In this document: piece after piece, positions 17,601 to 25,647 of the stretch
Position numbering within the stretch: position 1 is the first letter of the stretch
Layout: every line of letters starts with the position of its first letter
Source: Minisyncoccota bacterium
GTDB lineage: Bacteria > Patescibacteriota > Minisyncoccia > UBA6257 > 2-01-FULL-56-20
NCBI GenBank assembly: GCA_036510525.1
Contig: DATCDU010000021.1
Location: 1 to 63,944, forward strand
Length of the DNA stretch: 63,944 bases
Direction of reading: 5' to 3'
Translations under genes and position numbers: made by a program
Notes under the pieces: generated by a model
Database searches by the model: none
What the model was told of the DNA's origin: nothing
Seen by the model: the letters and a program-made list of their open reading frames with translations, nothing else

Positions 17601-18587
17601 ATGCAAATAAAAGTTGCCCAAAAAACTGCCCAAAGAACCGCAGAAGCTGTTTCGCCGAAGCACCCGGATAAATTGTGCGATCTCATCGCCGATTCGCTCC
17701 TGGATGCGTATCTTGCGGGGGATCCTTTGAGCCGCGTGGCGGCGGAAGTGATGGGTGGACACGGGCACATCACCGTGTCCGGAGAAGTGACGAGCTCGGC
17801 GCAGGTGGATGTTGCTTCCGTTGTTCATTCGGTCGTCGGACCGGACGTTGCGGTGCACGCGAACATCGTCCGGCAGAGTCCGGAGATCGGGCGCGGAGTG
17901 GACACGGGCGGTGCGGGAGACCAGGGCATCATGATCGGCTACGCCACGCGCGAGACGCCGTCATTCCTGCCACGCGAATACGTGCTTGCGCGGGAATTGT
18001 GCCAGAAGCTCTATGCCGTATACCCGTACGATGGCAAGACCCAGGTGACGATAGATGGCGATCGCGTGACGTGCGTCGTCGCGAGCTTTCAAAATTCGCC
18101 GGCCGCGGCGCTTGAGGCGCTCATGCGGAAGAACATCGTGGCCGACGAATATCTGGTGAATCCCGCGGGCGACTGGTCGCTCGGCGGATTCGATGCGGAT
18201 TCGGGGATCTCCGGGCGCAAGATCGTGATCGACAACTACGGGCCGGAGATCGGCGTGGGCGGCGGATCGTTCTCGGGCAAAGACCTTACGAAGGTGGACC
18301 GGTCGGGCGCGTACATCGCGCGGCGCATCGCGGTGGATTACTTGAAGCGCTTCGACGCCGCGCGGGCGGTGCGCGTGAAGCTTGCATACGCCATCGGCAA
18401 GTCCGAGCCAGTGATGGCGGTCGCGGAGGTTGAGGAGGGCGGCGCTTCGCGCTCAATTCGCGCGGTTCCCATCGAGGGCTACGACCTTTCGCCCCGCGGC
18501 ATCGCCACATTGCTCAAGTTCGATTCCGTGCGCTGGGCGGACACCGCCGTGTGGGGACACTTCGGCAGGGAGTTCAGCTGGGGATAG
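17601..18587 (+). CDS. metK: S-adenosylmethionine synthetase (short form, 328 aa)
   Basis: KHPDKLCD, GAGDQGIMIGYA and GGGSFSGKDLTKVDRSGAY motifs. Confidence 0.9.
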   Translation: MQIKVAQKTAQRTAEAVSPKHPDKLCDLIADSLLDAYLAGDPLSRVAAEVMGGHGHITVSGEVTSSAQVDVASVVHSVVGPDVAVHANIVRQSPEIGRGVDTGGAGDQGIMIGYATRETPSFLPREYVLARELCQKLYAVYPYDGKTQVTIDGDRVTCVVASFQNSPAAALEALMRKNIVADEYLVNPAGDWSLGGFDADSGISGRKIVIDNYGPEIGVGGGSFSGKDLTKVDRSGAYIARRIAVDYLKRFDAARAVRVKLAYAIGKSEPVMAVAEVEEGGASRSIRAVPIEGYDLSPRGIATLLKFDSVRWADTAVWGHFGREFSWG

Positions 18588-18627
18588 ATCTCTCCCTCGC
18601 ATCGCCGGGCTTTTCTTTTTTGGAAGA

Positions 18628-18658
18628 TAAAAAAGACCGCATCCCTGTGGGATACGGT
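18628..18658 (-). terminator. intrinsic terminator of the HD-domain gene
   Basis: Minus strand reads ACCGTATCCC-ACA-GGGATGCGGT followed by CTTTTTTA. Confidence 0.65.
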
Positions 18659-19305
18659 TAGCTACGTGAGAGCTGCTCAATGGAGAACTCGAGATTTCTC
18701 ACCGCCTGCTCCTCATATTTTCTCCGGAAGAACTTTGTGGAATAGATCGGTTGCCGGTTAAGAAATCCTTCGAGGATCTCGCACCGTCTGTTGCGGAATT
18801 GTTGCGGGGGAACCCAGGAATATTCAGACCGGATCTGCCGTTCGTACTCCATGAATTGCGATCTCGGCTGGCCGAGGATCGCAAGATCGAGATCGCAGAG
18901 TACTTGTGCGTCGACATCGTCGGTGCGGCAGACGTGCTTCGTCGCGAGGATCGCGCGGACGACCCGTTCGGTGAAATCCTGTTCGAAGCCCGCGTGATCG
19001 CTCACCAATCTGAAAAAATTGGCGCTCCGTTCTTCGTTGCGCTCTTCCCGTGGCACATAGATGGCATCGTGATACCACGTCGCCATCTCAACGATATTCA
19101 CATCCATGATCCCGGCTTCGTCCGAAACACGGAACTTGTCGAAGTCGATGAACATGGCATCGATGTGCGGGAGCCTGTGGTAATCGCGTTGGGCTTCCCG
19201 ATAACGAGGTATGAGGTCATTGAAAGGAACGTTCGCTTTGTGAGCTCTATCGATCCGGGTCCATAGCGCGCACCATCGCGTAAACCGCATTAGCATGGCT
19301 GGCAC
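18658..19305 (-). CDS. uncharacterised HD-superfamily phosphohydrolase-like protein
   Basis: YHRLPHIDAM, ATWYHDAIYVPREERNEERSA, ILATKH and DLDLAILGQPRSQFMEYERQIRSEYSWVP match a remembered conserved HD-family group of unknown function. Confidence 0.65.
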   Translation of the reverse strand: MPAMLMRFTRWCALWTRIDRAHKANVPFNDLIPRYREAQRDYHRLPHIDAMFIDFDKFRVSDEAGIMDVNIVEMATWYHDAIYVPREERNEERSANFFRLVSDHAGFEQDFTERVVRAILATKHVCRTDDVDAQVLCDLDLAILGQPRSQFMEYERQIRSEYSWVPPQQFRNRRCEILEGFLNRQPIYSTKFFRRKYEEQAVRNLEFSIEQLSRS

Positions 19306-19357
19306 CTCCTAACGGGGATTGTATTCCTATCACTCATATTTTTCAATGGCGGGGGAC

Positions 19358-19386
19358 TTGCAATTTTTTGAGAAATATTTTATAAT
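19358..19386 (+). promoter_or_regulatory. sigma70-like promoter (TTGCAA-17-TATAAT)
   Basis: Near-consensus hexamers about 50 nt upstream of the GTG start at 19438, which has an AGGAGG SD. Confidence 0.65.
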
Positions 19387-19437
19387 ATCTGCAGCGTATA
19401 GGCAGGTTTTAAAGCTGAATACGCAGGAGGAATTCCT

Positions 19438-20883
19438 GTGAAACTGAGATTCTATGTGCTGATGATCACCGTGATCTTGGGGTTGTTCGGCATCGCGATC
19501 TGGCAGACCTGTGCCGTTTCTGATCGTGAGGATACTGCAAATCTGCAGCGTTTCGAGACGCTCTCATCCCACGAGCTCGTGGTCCGCTTCACCGCTTTGC
19601 AGGAGGTTTTCTCCGGTAAGGCCACGACGTGGGACGAGTATTTCACCAACCTGCAGCGGGCGAGCGCTCTTGAGGGCGGCGCGCGGAAAGCTTTTGCTTC
19701 GGAAGCATCGGGTCACTTCGACACGAGCGACAGGGAAGAATTCATCGCTCGCGATATTCCTGTGCAGATGCAGTCGCTGATCACCCAATACCAAGCGAGG
19801 AGCAACGAAACGCTTCAAGCTCTCGGCGAAGATGCGCATCAGGCGGCGTACAATCGCTTCATGCAGAGCGGCGGAGATCCTATGCTCAATGCCCCGAATC
19901 AACATGTTCAGGGAAGCGAGCGGCTCGGATTTTGGTGGTTGCTGTTCTACACGGTTGCCATGCCGTTCATGTTCGTCCACTATTGCATCCGCATTCGTGC
20001 GAACGACATGAAGGTGCGATACGAGCTCCTGGGCAATCCGGCATTTCCGATCTGGGTGCTTCTCTGGCCTGTCGGGATCTTCAAGTATCCGAAGAAGGCT
20101 CATGTCCTGGTACAGCTCCGGCGTGCTCAGCAATGGGCCGCGCTTGTGCTGTCTTCCGCGATTCCATGCGGCGCTGCGAACGTAAGTGGCAAGACATGCG
20201 AGAAGGATCCGATACGGCTTTCGCTCACCACGATGACCGGGTCGAAATACCTGGGCCTCGCGGACGAAATGCTCTCGGAGCATCCAGTACAGCAGACGAG
20301 CTTCAATGCTTCGCTGCCGTGCGGGATCTCTGCGGGAGTGTTCGACTCGATGTCGCTCTCACCAAGCAACGACCATCCGAACTTCGGCAACGAAGTGGAC
20401 TTCACACTTGGGTGGAGCGGTTCCTTAAAAGGAAATGCGCTCGACGTGCACGGGGCGTACATCGACTTGTCACCATTGGTTCGGCTTCCGAAGGGCGATG
20501 TGTTCCAGTTTTCCGAACGGGTGAGCAGAACTTTGCCGCTTGGGAAGAAACAGAGCATCACTCCCTACGTATGGTTGCGGGAAGTGATGCCGGTGCGCGG
20601 TCCGACGCCGATCGGTGGATGGTTCGGGCACGGAGGGTTGGTGTTCACTCGCTCCTTCGGGTCGAGGGTATCCAATTCTGCGGATATCGCAACGGTATGG
20701 GACTCCGGTGCACTTGGGAACCATCCGGGCCTCATTGGCACGATCGTGGATACGCCAAGCTGGAAGATCGGAGAGCACACCTCTCTGCAATTCCCGCTTA
20801 ACGTCCAGACGCCGCTCACCCACACGGGGGACGGCAGACGCACGAACTTCACTGGCGGTTTCACACTTGCGTTCAGCTTCTAG
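19438..20883 (+). CDS. membrane protein fused to a TorF/Gcw_chp-like beta-barrel domain
   Basis: N-terminal half has about 3 TM helices. An internal signal-like segment is WAALVLSSAIPCGAANV. The C-terminal ~225 aa contain SKYLGL..SEHPVQQTSFNASLP.GISAGVF, GNEVDFTLGWSG and ALDVHGAYIDL, and end in the alternating aromatic GGFTLAFSF-stop typical of outer-membrane barrels. Confidence 0.6.
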   Translation: MKLRFYVLMITVILGLFGIAIWQTCAVSDREDTANLQRFETLSSHELVVRFTALQEVFSGKATTWDEYFTNLQRASALEGGARKAFASEASGHFDTSDREEFIARDIPVQMQSLITQYQARSNETLQALGEDAHQAAYNRFMQSGGDPMLNAPNQHVQGSERLGFWWLLFYTVAMPFMFVHYCIRIRANDMKVRYELLGNPAFPIWVLLWPVGIFKYPKKAHVLVQLRRAQQWAALVLSSAIPCGAANVSGKTCEKDPIRLSLTTMTGSKYLGLADEMLSEHPVQQTSFNASLPCGISAGVFDSMSLSPSNDHPNFGNEVDFTLGWSGSLKGNALDVHGAYIDLSPLVRLPKGDVFQFSERVSRTLPLGKKQSITPYVWLREVMPVRGPTPIGGWFGHGGLVFTRSFGSRVSNSADIATVWDSGALGNHPGLIGTIVDTPSWKIGEHTSLQFPLNVQTPLTHTGDGRRTNFTGGFTLAFSF

Positions 20884-20959
20884 CATCGGTCCGGCGATTC
20901 ACTTCGTCGGGCCGTTTTCATTTAATATATTTTTAATCCGTATCTGTTATTATGCGGCG

Positions 20960-21235
20960 ATGGAACAATATTATTTGACACCAAGTTTATCTGAAGATAA
21001 ACTTGAGGATATGAAGAAAAAGACCATCGTGGGGCTCAAAGAGTTGCGCGAGAATATCGAGACTTATATTTCCAAAGTGGAGAAAGGGGATTCTTTTATC
21101 GTGGTCAGAAAATCAAAGCCCGTTTTCAAAATATCTCCCCTTGAAGATGATGCGGACCTTTGGGAGCCGGTGGTTGATTTCACCAGGATCAAAAAGGGTG
21201 GGGTTGCCATCGCGGATCTGCTCTCGCGGCTATAA
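20960..21235 (+). CDS. Phd/YefM-type antitoxin
   Basis: KKTIVGLKELRENIETYISKVEKGDSFIVVRKSKPVFKISP. Start moved to 20960 because the track ORF begins inside the upstream gene. TATTAT -10 lies 7 nt upstream. Confidence 0.62.
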   Translation: MEQYYLTPSLSEDKLEDMKKKTIVGLKELRENIETYISKVEKGDSFIVVRKSKPVFKISPLEDDADLWEPVVDFTRIKKGGVAIADLLSRL

Positions 21236-21243
21236 CGTGCTAT

Positions 21244-21480
21244 ATGGATGCGATCAAGAAAGCTCTCAAAAAGCTTAGCGCGAAGGAGCGTGGCTGGGTA
21301 AAAGAGATTTTGAAAAAGTTGGTAGTCGGCGAATTACAAGGATTGGATATCAGAAAGCTTCAAGGACGCGACGACATATTTCGCATACGAAAAGGTAGCA
21401 TCCGTATTATATATCGGAAATCCATGGGCACTATCTCAATTTTGCTCATAGAGCGTCGGAGCGAGAGGACGTATTCGTAG
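21244..21480 (+). CDS. RelE/ParE-family toxin
   Basis: LQGRDDIFRIRKGSIRIIYRKSMGTISILLIERRSERTY matches the RelE/ParE pattern (yRiRvGdyRiiY...i..rr). Confidence 0.7.
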   Translation: MDAIKKALKKLSAKERGWVKEILKKLVVGELQGLDIRKLQGRDDIFRIRKGSIRIIYRKSMGTISILLIERRSERTYS

Positions 21481-21482
21481 CG

Positions 21483-21974
21483 CTAGCGATACACGCAGAG
21501 CCCGGCGATGATCGGCTGAACGACGAGGTAGATTTCGACGAGGAAGATAATCGTGAAGGTGAGGAAGACGGCGGTCGTCACAACGCGGCGGACGTTCCAC
21601 ATGCTTTTTTCTATCTTTTTGAAGCGTCCTTTGATGGCCTCGTAGAGCGATTGCACGAACGCGTAGGCGATGTAGATGAGGCCGAGCGCCACGAGCGTGC
21701 GGAGCGCGTCATCGCCGGCGGCGCTCCGGAGCGTCGTTCCGCAATACGATTCCGCGAGGAAGATAAGGAGCGAGATCTCGGCCGCGATGAGGAATAGCGA
21801 TTTCACGACGACGAACCCGGCGAGCACCGCGATGAGCGCGATCGCAATCGTAAGGATGCCACTCACCACGATCCACGCCGCGCCAAGAAGCGAGATACTC
21901 GAGATGTACGTGACGGCGAATATCACCGCCGCGGCGACGGCGGAAACGATGACGGCGATGGTGGTCTTCTTCAT
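21483..21974 (-). CDS. hypothetical polytopic membrane protein
   Basis: 163 aa with 4-5 hydrophobic helices. Confidence 0.5.
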   Translation of the reverse strand: MKKTTIAVIVSAVAAAVIFAVTYISSISLLGAAWIVVSGILTIAIALIAVLAGFVVVKSLFLIAAEISLLIFLAESYCGTTLRSAAGDDALRTLVALGLIYIAYAFVQSLYEAIKGRFKKIEKSMWNVRRVVTTAVFLTFTIIFLVEIYLVVQPIIAGLCVYR

Positions 21975-22068
21975 TACTAAAGAATTATATCAAACAGGGG
22001 ATCATTGCTTTACAAATTAAGTTGATTATGAGATAAATGACGACAGAGGCAAGCTGACATCTGATGAG

Positions 22069-22428
22069 GTGATCATGAACGATCGAAAGGATCTTTTGTT
22101 CTCTCCATATCTTCACGTGTGCACTTCCTGCTTCCAGCATGCTTGGATCTTTCTGCCGGTGGTGGGCGGGGATACGAGGGTGACGAGAGAATTTGCATCC
22201 AGGGAGATAGGGAGAAAGATCGTTGACCTGCTTTCTGCAGGTCGATATATCAATTCCGCTCAGGCCAAAGCCCTTAATAAGTCTCTGGATGATTCGCTTC
22301 TTCCTCCAACAAATACCTCTGGCGAGAGTCTTCTCGACATGCAAGGGCTTTTCATTCCAGAAAGAGAAGCGCGCTATCTCCGTGCGGATTCCGATTGGCC
22401 CCCGATGCTAACCGGCAGGATCCAATAG
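22069..22428 (+). CDS. hypothetical protein
   Basis: 119-aa ORF immediately followed by a strong terminator. Confidence 0.45.
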   Translation: MIMNDRKDLLFSPYLHVCTSCFQHAWIFLPVVGGDTRVTREFASREIGRKIVDLLSAGRYINSAQAKALNKSLDDSLLPPTNTSGESLLDMQGLFIPEREARYLRADSDWPPMLTGRIQ

Positions 22429-22431
22429 TTG

Positions 22432-22459
22432 GGCCACCGAGCGATCGGTGGCCTTTTTC
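22432..22459 (+). terminator. intrinsic terminator
   Basis: GGCCACCG-AGCGAT-CGGTGGCC followed by TTTTT. Confidence 0.85.
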
Positions 22460-22468
22460 TTTGGGGAT

Positions 22469-22497
22469 TTGACAATATTGAGCAATCCCCCTACAAT
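22469..22497 (+). promoter_or_regulatory. sigma70-like promoter of tuf (TTGACA-17-TACAAT)
   Basis: Consensus hexamers. About 140-nt leader. Confidence 0.6.
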
Positions 22498-22639
22498 TGC
22501 TTGGTAAATCCCTAAAGGAAAAAAGAAAGTCACTTAGGTCGATTGGCTATAGATTTTCACAGCTCTTGCAGCTGTTTTTCTTCGGAAAGGGGATATGCTG
22601 GATGCGGATAAAAAATAAACATTAAAAATTTTTAAAAAA

Positions 22640-23839
22640 ATGGCAGAAAAAGAAAAGTTCGACCGGTCCAAGCCGCACTTGAACGTCGGCACGATCGGAC
22701 ACGTTGATCACGGCAAGACCACGTTGACCGCAGCGATCACCCACGTGTTGTTCATGAAGGGGTGGATCAAGAAAGAAGAGAACGTTTCACAGATCGACAA
22801 CGCTCCGGAAGAGAAGGCGCGTGGTATCACCATCGCGTTGCATCACTCGGAATATAACTCGGAGAAGCGCCACTACGCGCACGTTGATGCTCCGGGCCAC
22901 GCCGACTACATCAAGAACATGATCACCGGCGCCGCCCAGATGGACGGTGCGGTGCTCGTCGTTGCCGCGACGGACGGCCCGATGCCGCAGACCCGCGAGC
23001 ATATTTTGCTTGCCCGTCAGGTAGGTGTTCCCTCTATTATTGTCTTCCTCAACAAGGTTGACATGGTAGATGATCCGGAATTGATCGACCTCGTGGAGTC
23101 CGAAGTTCGTGAGCTCCTCACGAAGAACGGCTTCCCGGGCGACACCGCTCCGGTGATCCGCGGTTCGGCGCTCAAGGCGTTGAACTCCACCTCGGCCGAT
23201 TCGCCGGAGGCAAAGCCGATCTTGGATCTCGTCAAAGCGATGGATGACTTCTTTCCGGATCCGGTCCGGGAACTCGACAAGCCGTTCCTTATGCCGGTTG
23301 AAGACATCTTCTCGATCGAAGGTCGCGGTACGGTCGTCACGGGACGCATCGAGCGCGGTATGGTCAAGGTGAACGAGGAAATCGAGGTCGTCGGCCTTAA
23401 GCCGACCCAGAAGACCGTCGTTACCGGTATCGAAATGTTCAACAAGAGCTTGGATCAGGGCCAGGCAGGCGACAACGCTGGTTTGCTCCTCCGCGGCTTG
23501 AAGAAGGAAGATGTAGAGCGCGGGCAGGTGCTCGCGAAGCCGGGCAGTGTGACCCCGCACTCGGAGTTCGAGGGCGAGATCTACGTGCTCTCGAAAGAAG
23601 AGGGCGGCCGCCACTCTCCGTTCTTCAAGGGCTACAAGCCCCAGTTCTACATCCGCACCACTGACGTGACGGGCGAGGTCACCCTTCCGGAAGGAATGGA
23701 AATGGTCATGCCGGGCGATACCGTCAAGATCACGGTCAAGCTCATCACCCCGGTCGCGTTGGAAGACAAGATGCGTTTCGCCATCCGCGAAGGCGGCAAG
23801 ACCGTCGGCGCCGGAGTCGTGACGAAGATCATCAAGTAG
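22640..23839 (+). CDS. tuf: elongation factor Tu
   Basis: [24 protein letters not shown]. 399 aa. Confidence 0.97.
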   Translation: MAEKEKFDRSKPHLNVGTIGHVDHGKTTLTAAITHVLFMKGWIKKEENVSQIDNAPEEKARGITIALHHSEYNSEKRHYAHVDAPGHADYIKNMITGAAQMDGAVLVVAATDGPMPQTREHILLARQVGVPSIIVFLNKVDMVDDPELIDLVESEVRELLTKNGFPGDTAPVIRGSALKALNSTSADSPEAKPILDLVKAMDDFFPDPVRELDKPFLMPVEDIFSIEGRGTVVTGRIERGMVKVNEEIEVVGLKPTQKTVVTGIEMFNKSLDQGQAGDNAGLLLRGLKKEDVERGQVLAKPGSVTPHSEFEGEIYVLSKEEGGRHSPFFKGYKPQFYIRTTDVTGEVTLPEGMEMVMPGDTVKITVKLITPVALEDKMRFAIREGGKTVGAGVVTKIIK

Positions 23840-23984
23840 CAGAAACAAAAACACCCCACGTCTACGGGGACGGCGTTCTCCCGCGGGACTCCTAAGAGTC
23901 GCATCTGCTGGCTGGCCGCCTTGGCTCTCAGCGCCTTCGCGCTTCCGAGACACCCCTTAAGACGAGGGGTGTTTTTGTTTCTGC
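23839..23984 (+). repeat. family-A GC-rich structured repeat (copy A1) inside a perfect 19-bp inverted repeat that starts in the tuf stop codon
   Basis: GCAGAAACAAAAACACCCC (23839-23857) pairs with GGGGTGTTTTTGTTTCTGC (23966-23984). The core GGACGGCGTTCTCCCGCGGGACTCCTAAGAGTCGC...GGCTGGCCGCCTTGGCTCTCAGCGCCTTCGCGCTTCCGAGACACC matches 38395-38480. Confidence 0.85.
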
Positions 23985-24077
23985 TTATGCCTGAAGATTG
24001 TCACGACTCCGGGCGCCTCTGAGAGGTGTGTGGGAGAGACTAATGGCGTATGTCAGAAAATGTAGAATTTTGTTGTA

Positions 24078-24106
24078 TTTTAAAATCACAATCTGTGATT
24101 TTAAAA
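24078..24106. repeat. AT-rich palindromic repeat, copy 4 (13-bp arms)
   Basis: TTTTAAAATCACA-ATC-TGTGATTTTAAAA. Confidence 0.75.
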
Positions 24107-24150
24107 CATTGAATTCATAAGGGTAAAACCAAAATAACAGCTACTCCTTC

Positions 24151-24215
24151 GGGACGGGTCGCGTTCTACTGAACGCGCCCTAACGCTCGGCACCTACGTG
24201 CCTCCGCGAGTCCCC
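24151..24215 (+). repeat. family-B GC-rich structured repeat (copy B2)
   Basis: GGGACGGGTCGCGTTCTACTGAACGCGCCCTAACGCTCGGCACCTACGTGCCTCCGCGAGTCCCC. Differs from B1 only in a hairpin loop and in the closing stem. Confidence 0.8.
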
Positions 24216-24293
24216 TCGAGGGCGATTTTTGTTTGCTTACGTTTAAACATTCGTCACGGCGCCGAGCGCCTCCTGAAGTGTTATAGTAAAACC

Positions 24294-24710
24294 ATGGAGA
24301 AAATCCCAGAGGAACCCCTGGAGAATCCCCCAGAAATGATCTGGCGTGAGGCTGGCCCAGGTTATGAAAATGTTTCTGTTTCATCTGAGGCCGGTTATCT
24401 CCACGCTATCGTTGATAAAAAACAGTCTCGGCTTTTTATTGAGAATTTTGAATTCAAACCAGAAAAGCGTGGCCAGGGATTAGGCACAGAATATTTGCAA
24501 TCGCTCGCCGTCGAAGCAAGGAATCGGGGCGTGAAAATAATTTTTGGAGAATTCGTAAGTAAGGCCGTTATTCGTGTCCTTATAAAAACCTTTGGGGAGG
24601 AGAACATTTTCTCCTATGATCTCAACACAAAAAATCTTTCTCCTGTTAATCTTGGTGAGATAATGGGAAAAGAGGAACCGTTCCGAATCCCGTTAGCGGT
24701 CGAACTGTAG
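24294..24710 (+). CDS. small GNAT-family N-acetyltransferase
   Basis: FEFKPEKRGQGLGTEYLQSLAVEARNRGVK (acetyl-CoA R/Q-x-x-G-x-G motif). Start at 24294 because the upstream part of the track ORF lies in repeat B2. Confidence 0.6.
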   Translation: MEKIPEEPLENPPEMIWREAGPGYENVSVSSEAGYLHAIVDKKQSRLFIENFEFKPEKRGQGLGTEYLQSLAVEARNRGVKIIFGEFVSKAVIRVLIKTFGEENIFSYDLNTKNLSPVNLGEIMGKEEPFRIPLAVEL

Positions 24711-24761
24711 ATTTCTGCCGCTGCCAATAGGTTCTGACGCCATCCACTAACCCACATAAAC

Positions 24762-24786
24762 AAAAAACCCGTTGCCGGGTTTTTTG
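24762..24786 (+). terminator. intrinsic terminator
   Basis: AAAAAACCCG-TTGC-CGGGTTTTTT. Confidence 0.85.
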
Positions 24787-24809
24787 CGAATCCAAACACA
24801 ATGCTGCGC

Positions 24810-24954
24810 GATCCGGACTGACATCGTAATCATGATAACAACCCCAAAATATCCGTCAAAACATTTTTAATCTTTATTTAATGTTTTCTTTTAATGCTTT
24901 TGCGAGGGGGTGCGAGGACTTGCGCCTCGTGGATCCATGATGTCAGTCCGGATC
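24810..24954. repeat. 145-bp element bounded by a perfect 16-bp inverted repeat (MITE-like or structured RNA)
   Basis: GATCCGGACTGACATC (24810-24825) pairs with GATGTCAGTCCGGATC (24939-24954). The interior is AT-rich and carries a copy of the TTTTTAAT...TTTAATG motif. Confidence 0.55.
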
Positions 24955-25041
24955 CAGCACTATGCCACCCCCGCCGACAGTTTATGGAATTGGGCATTAA
25001 AACTATCTAAAGTCATTTAAAGCCATCTATCAGTTACTTAT

Positions 25042-25069
25042 TTGACACTTTTGCCCGATTTGCTATACT
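25042..25069 (+). promoter_or_regulatory. sigma70-like promoter of rpsJ (TTGACA-16-TATACT)
   Basis: Hexamers 14 nt upstream of the rpsJ ATG. Confidence 0.6.
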
Positions 25070-25083
25070 TTCTTGGTACTCAA

Positions 25084-25407
25084 ATGGCTAAGACCGACGT
25101 TCCCCAGAAATTGCGTTTGCGCATCAAGTCCTACGATCACAAACTGATCGACAATTCGGCACGCCAGATCATCGAGGCCGCCGAGCGGAACGATGCGAAA
25201 GTGACGGGGCCGATCCCGCTTCCCACGGAAGTGAAGCACTACACCGTCAACCGTTCCACGTTCGTCCATAAGGACGCGCGCGAGCAGTTCGAGCTCCGCA
25301 TCCACAAGCGTCTCGTCGAGATATTGAATCCCAGTCAGAAGATCATCGAATCACTTTCGAACTTGAATCTTCCCGCGGGCGTCGATATCGAGATCAAGAT
25401 GGTATAA
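25084..25407 (+). CDS. rpsJ: 30S ribosomal protein S10
   Basis: [24 protein letters not shown]...GPIPLPT. Start at the ATG at 25084 because the track TTG at 25042 is the -35 box. Confidence 0.95.
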   Translation: MAKTDVPQKLRLRIKSYDHKLIDNSARQIIEAAERNDAKVTGPIPLPTEVKHYTVNRSTFVHKDAREQFELRIHKRLVEILNPSQKIIESLSNLNLPAGVDIEIKMV

Positions 25408-25427
25408 CAGTTGCCGAAAGGCAGCGC

Positions 25428-25457
25428 AAAAAATCCCCGCGAGAGCGGGGATTTTTG
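25428..25457 (+). terminator. intrinsic terminator after rpsJ
   Basis: AAAAAATCCCCGC-GAGA-GCGGGGATTTTT. Confidence 0.9.
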
Positions 25458-25483
25458 TTTATTAAAAAATCATTAAATAATCT

Positions 25484-25511
25484 TTGACTTTATCTTTAAA
25501 TTCGATAAAAT
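25484..25511 (+). promoter_or_regulatory. sigma70-like promoter (TTGACT-16-TAAAAT)
   Basis: About 45 nt including the upstream AAAAATCAT.AAA..AT.TTTGACTTTAT are homologous to the promoter at 10181-10227. Confidence 0.5.
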
Positions 25512-25517
25512 GATGAC

Positions 25518-25597
25518 AAGGTGATGATCTGCTGAACTGCGGACCAAAAATTTTCGCTTTGGCGCAAAACAGCTACTTTCGTGGCTGTTTTTTGTTT
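25518..25597 (+). ncRNA. candidate ~80-nt small RNA (promoter to terminator), complementary to the downstream tRNA-like gene
   Basis: No ORF. Terminator ACAGCTAC-TTTC-GTGGCTGT plus TTTTTT at 25570-25597. 25550-25563 is the exact reverse complement of 25681-25694. Confidence 0.35.
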
Positions 25598-25647
25598 ACA
25601 TAGTTTTAATGACTCATTCTTTATATTGCTCAAGCCCCTATGGATTT

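Noticed and set aside
20615-20959. Upstream part of the 206-aa ORF containing the Phd-like antitoxin
   Set aside because: It overlaps the 3' end of the beta-barrel gene in another frame and has Arg/Ser-rich composition. The conserved antitoxin sequence and a -10 box support a start at 20960.
22787-23953. 388-aa minus-strand ORF
   Set aside because: It is antisense to tuf and extends into repeat A1, with shadow-ORF composition.
25518-25597. T-box riboswitch interpretation of the RNA complementary to the tRNA-like gene
   Set aside because: There is no T-box consensus (AGGGUGGUACCGCG-type) and no specifier-loop architecture. The unit also precedes a tRNA-like gene rather than an aminoacyl-tRNA-related ORF.
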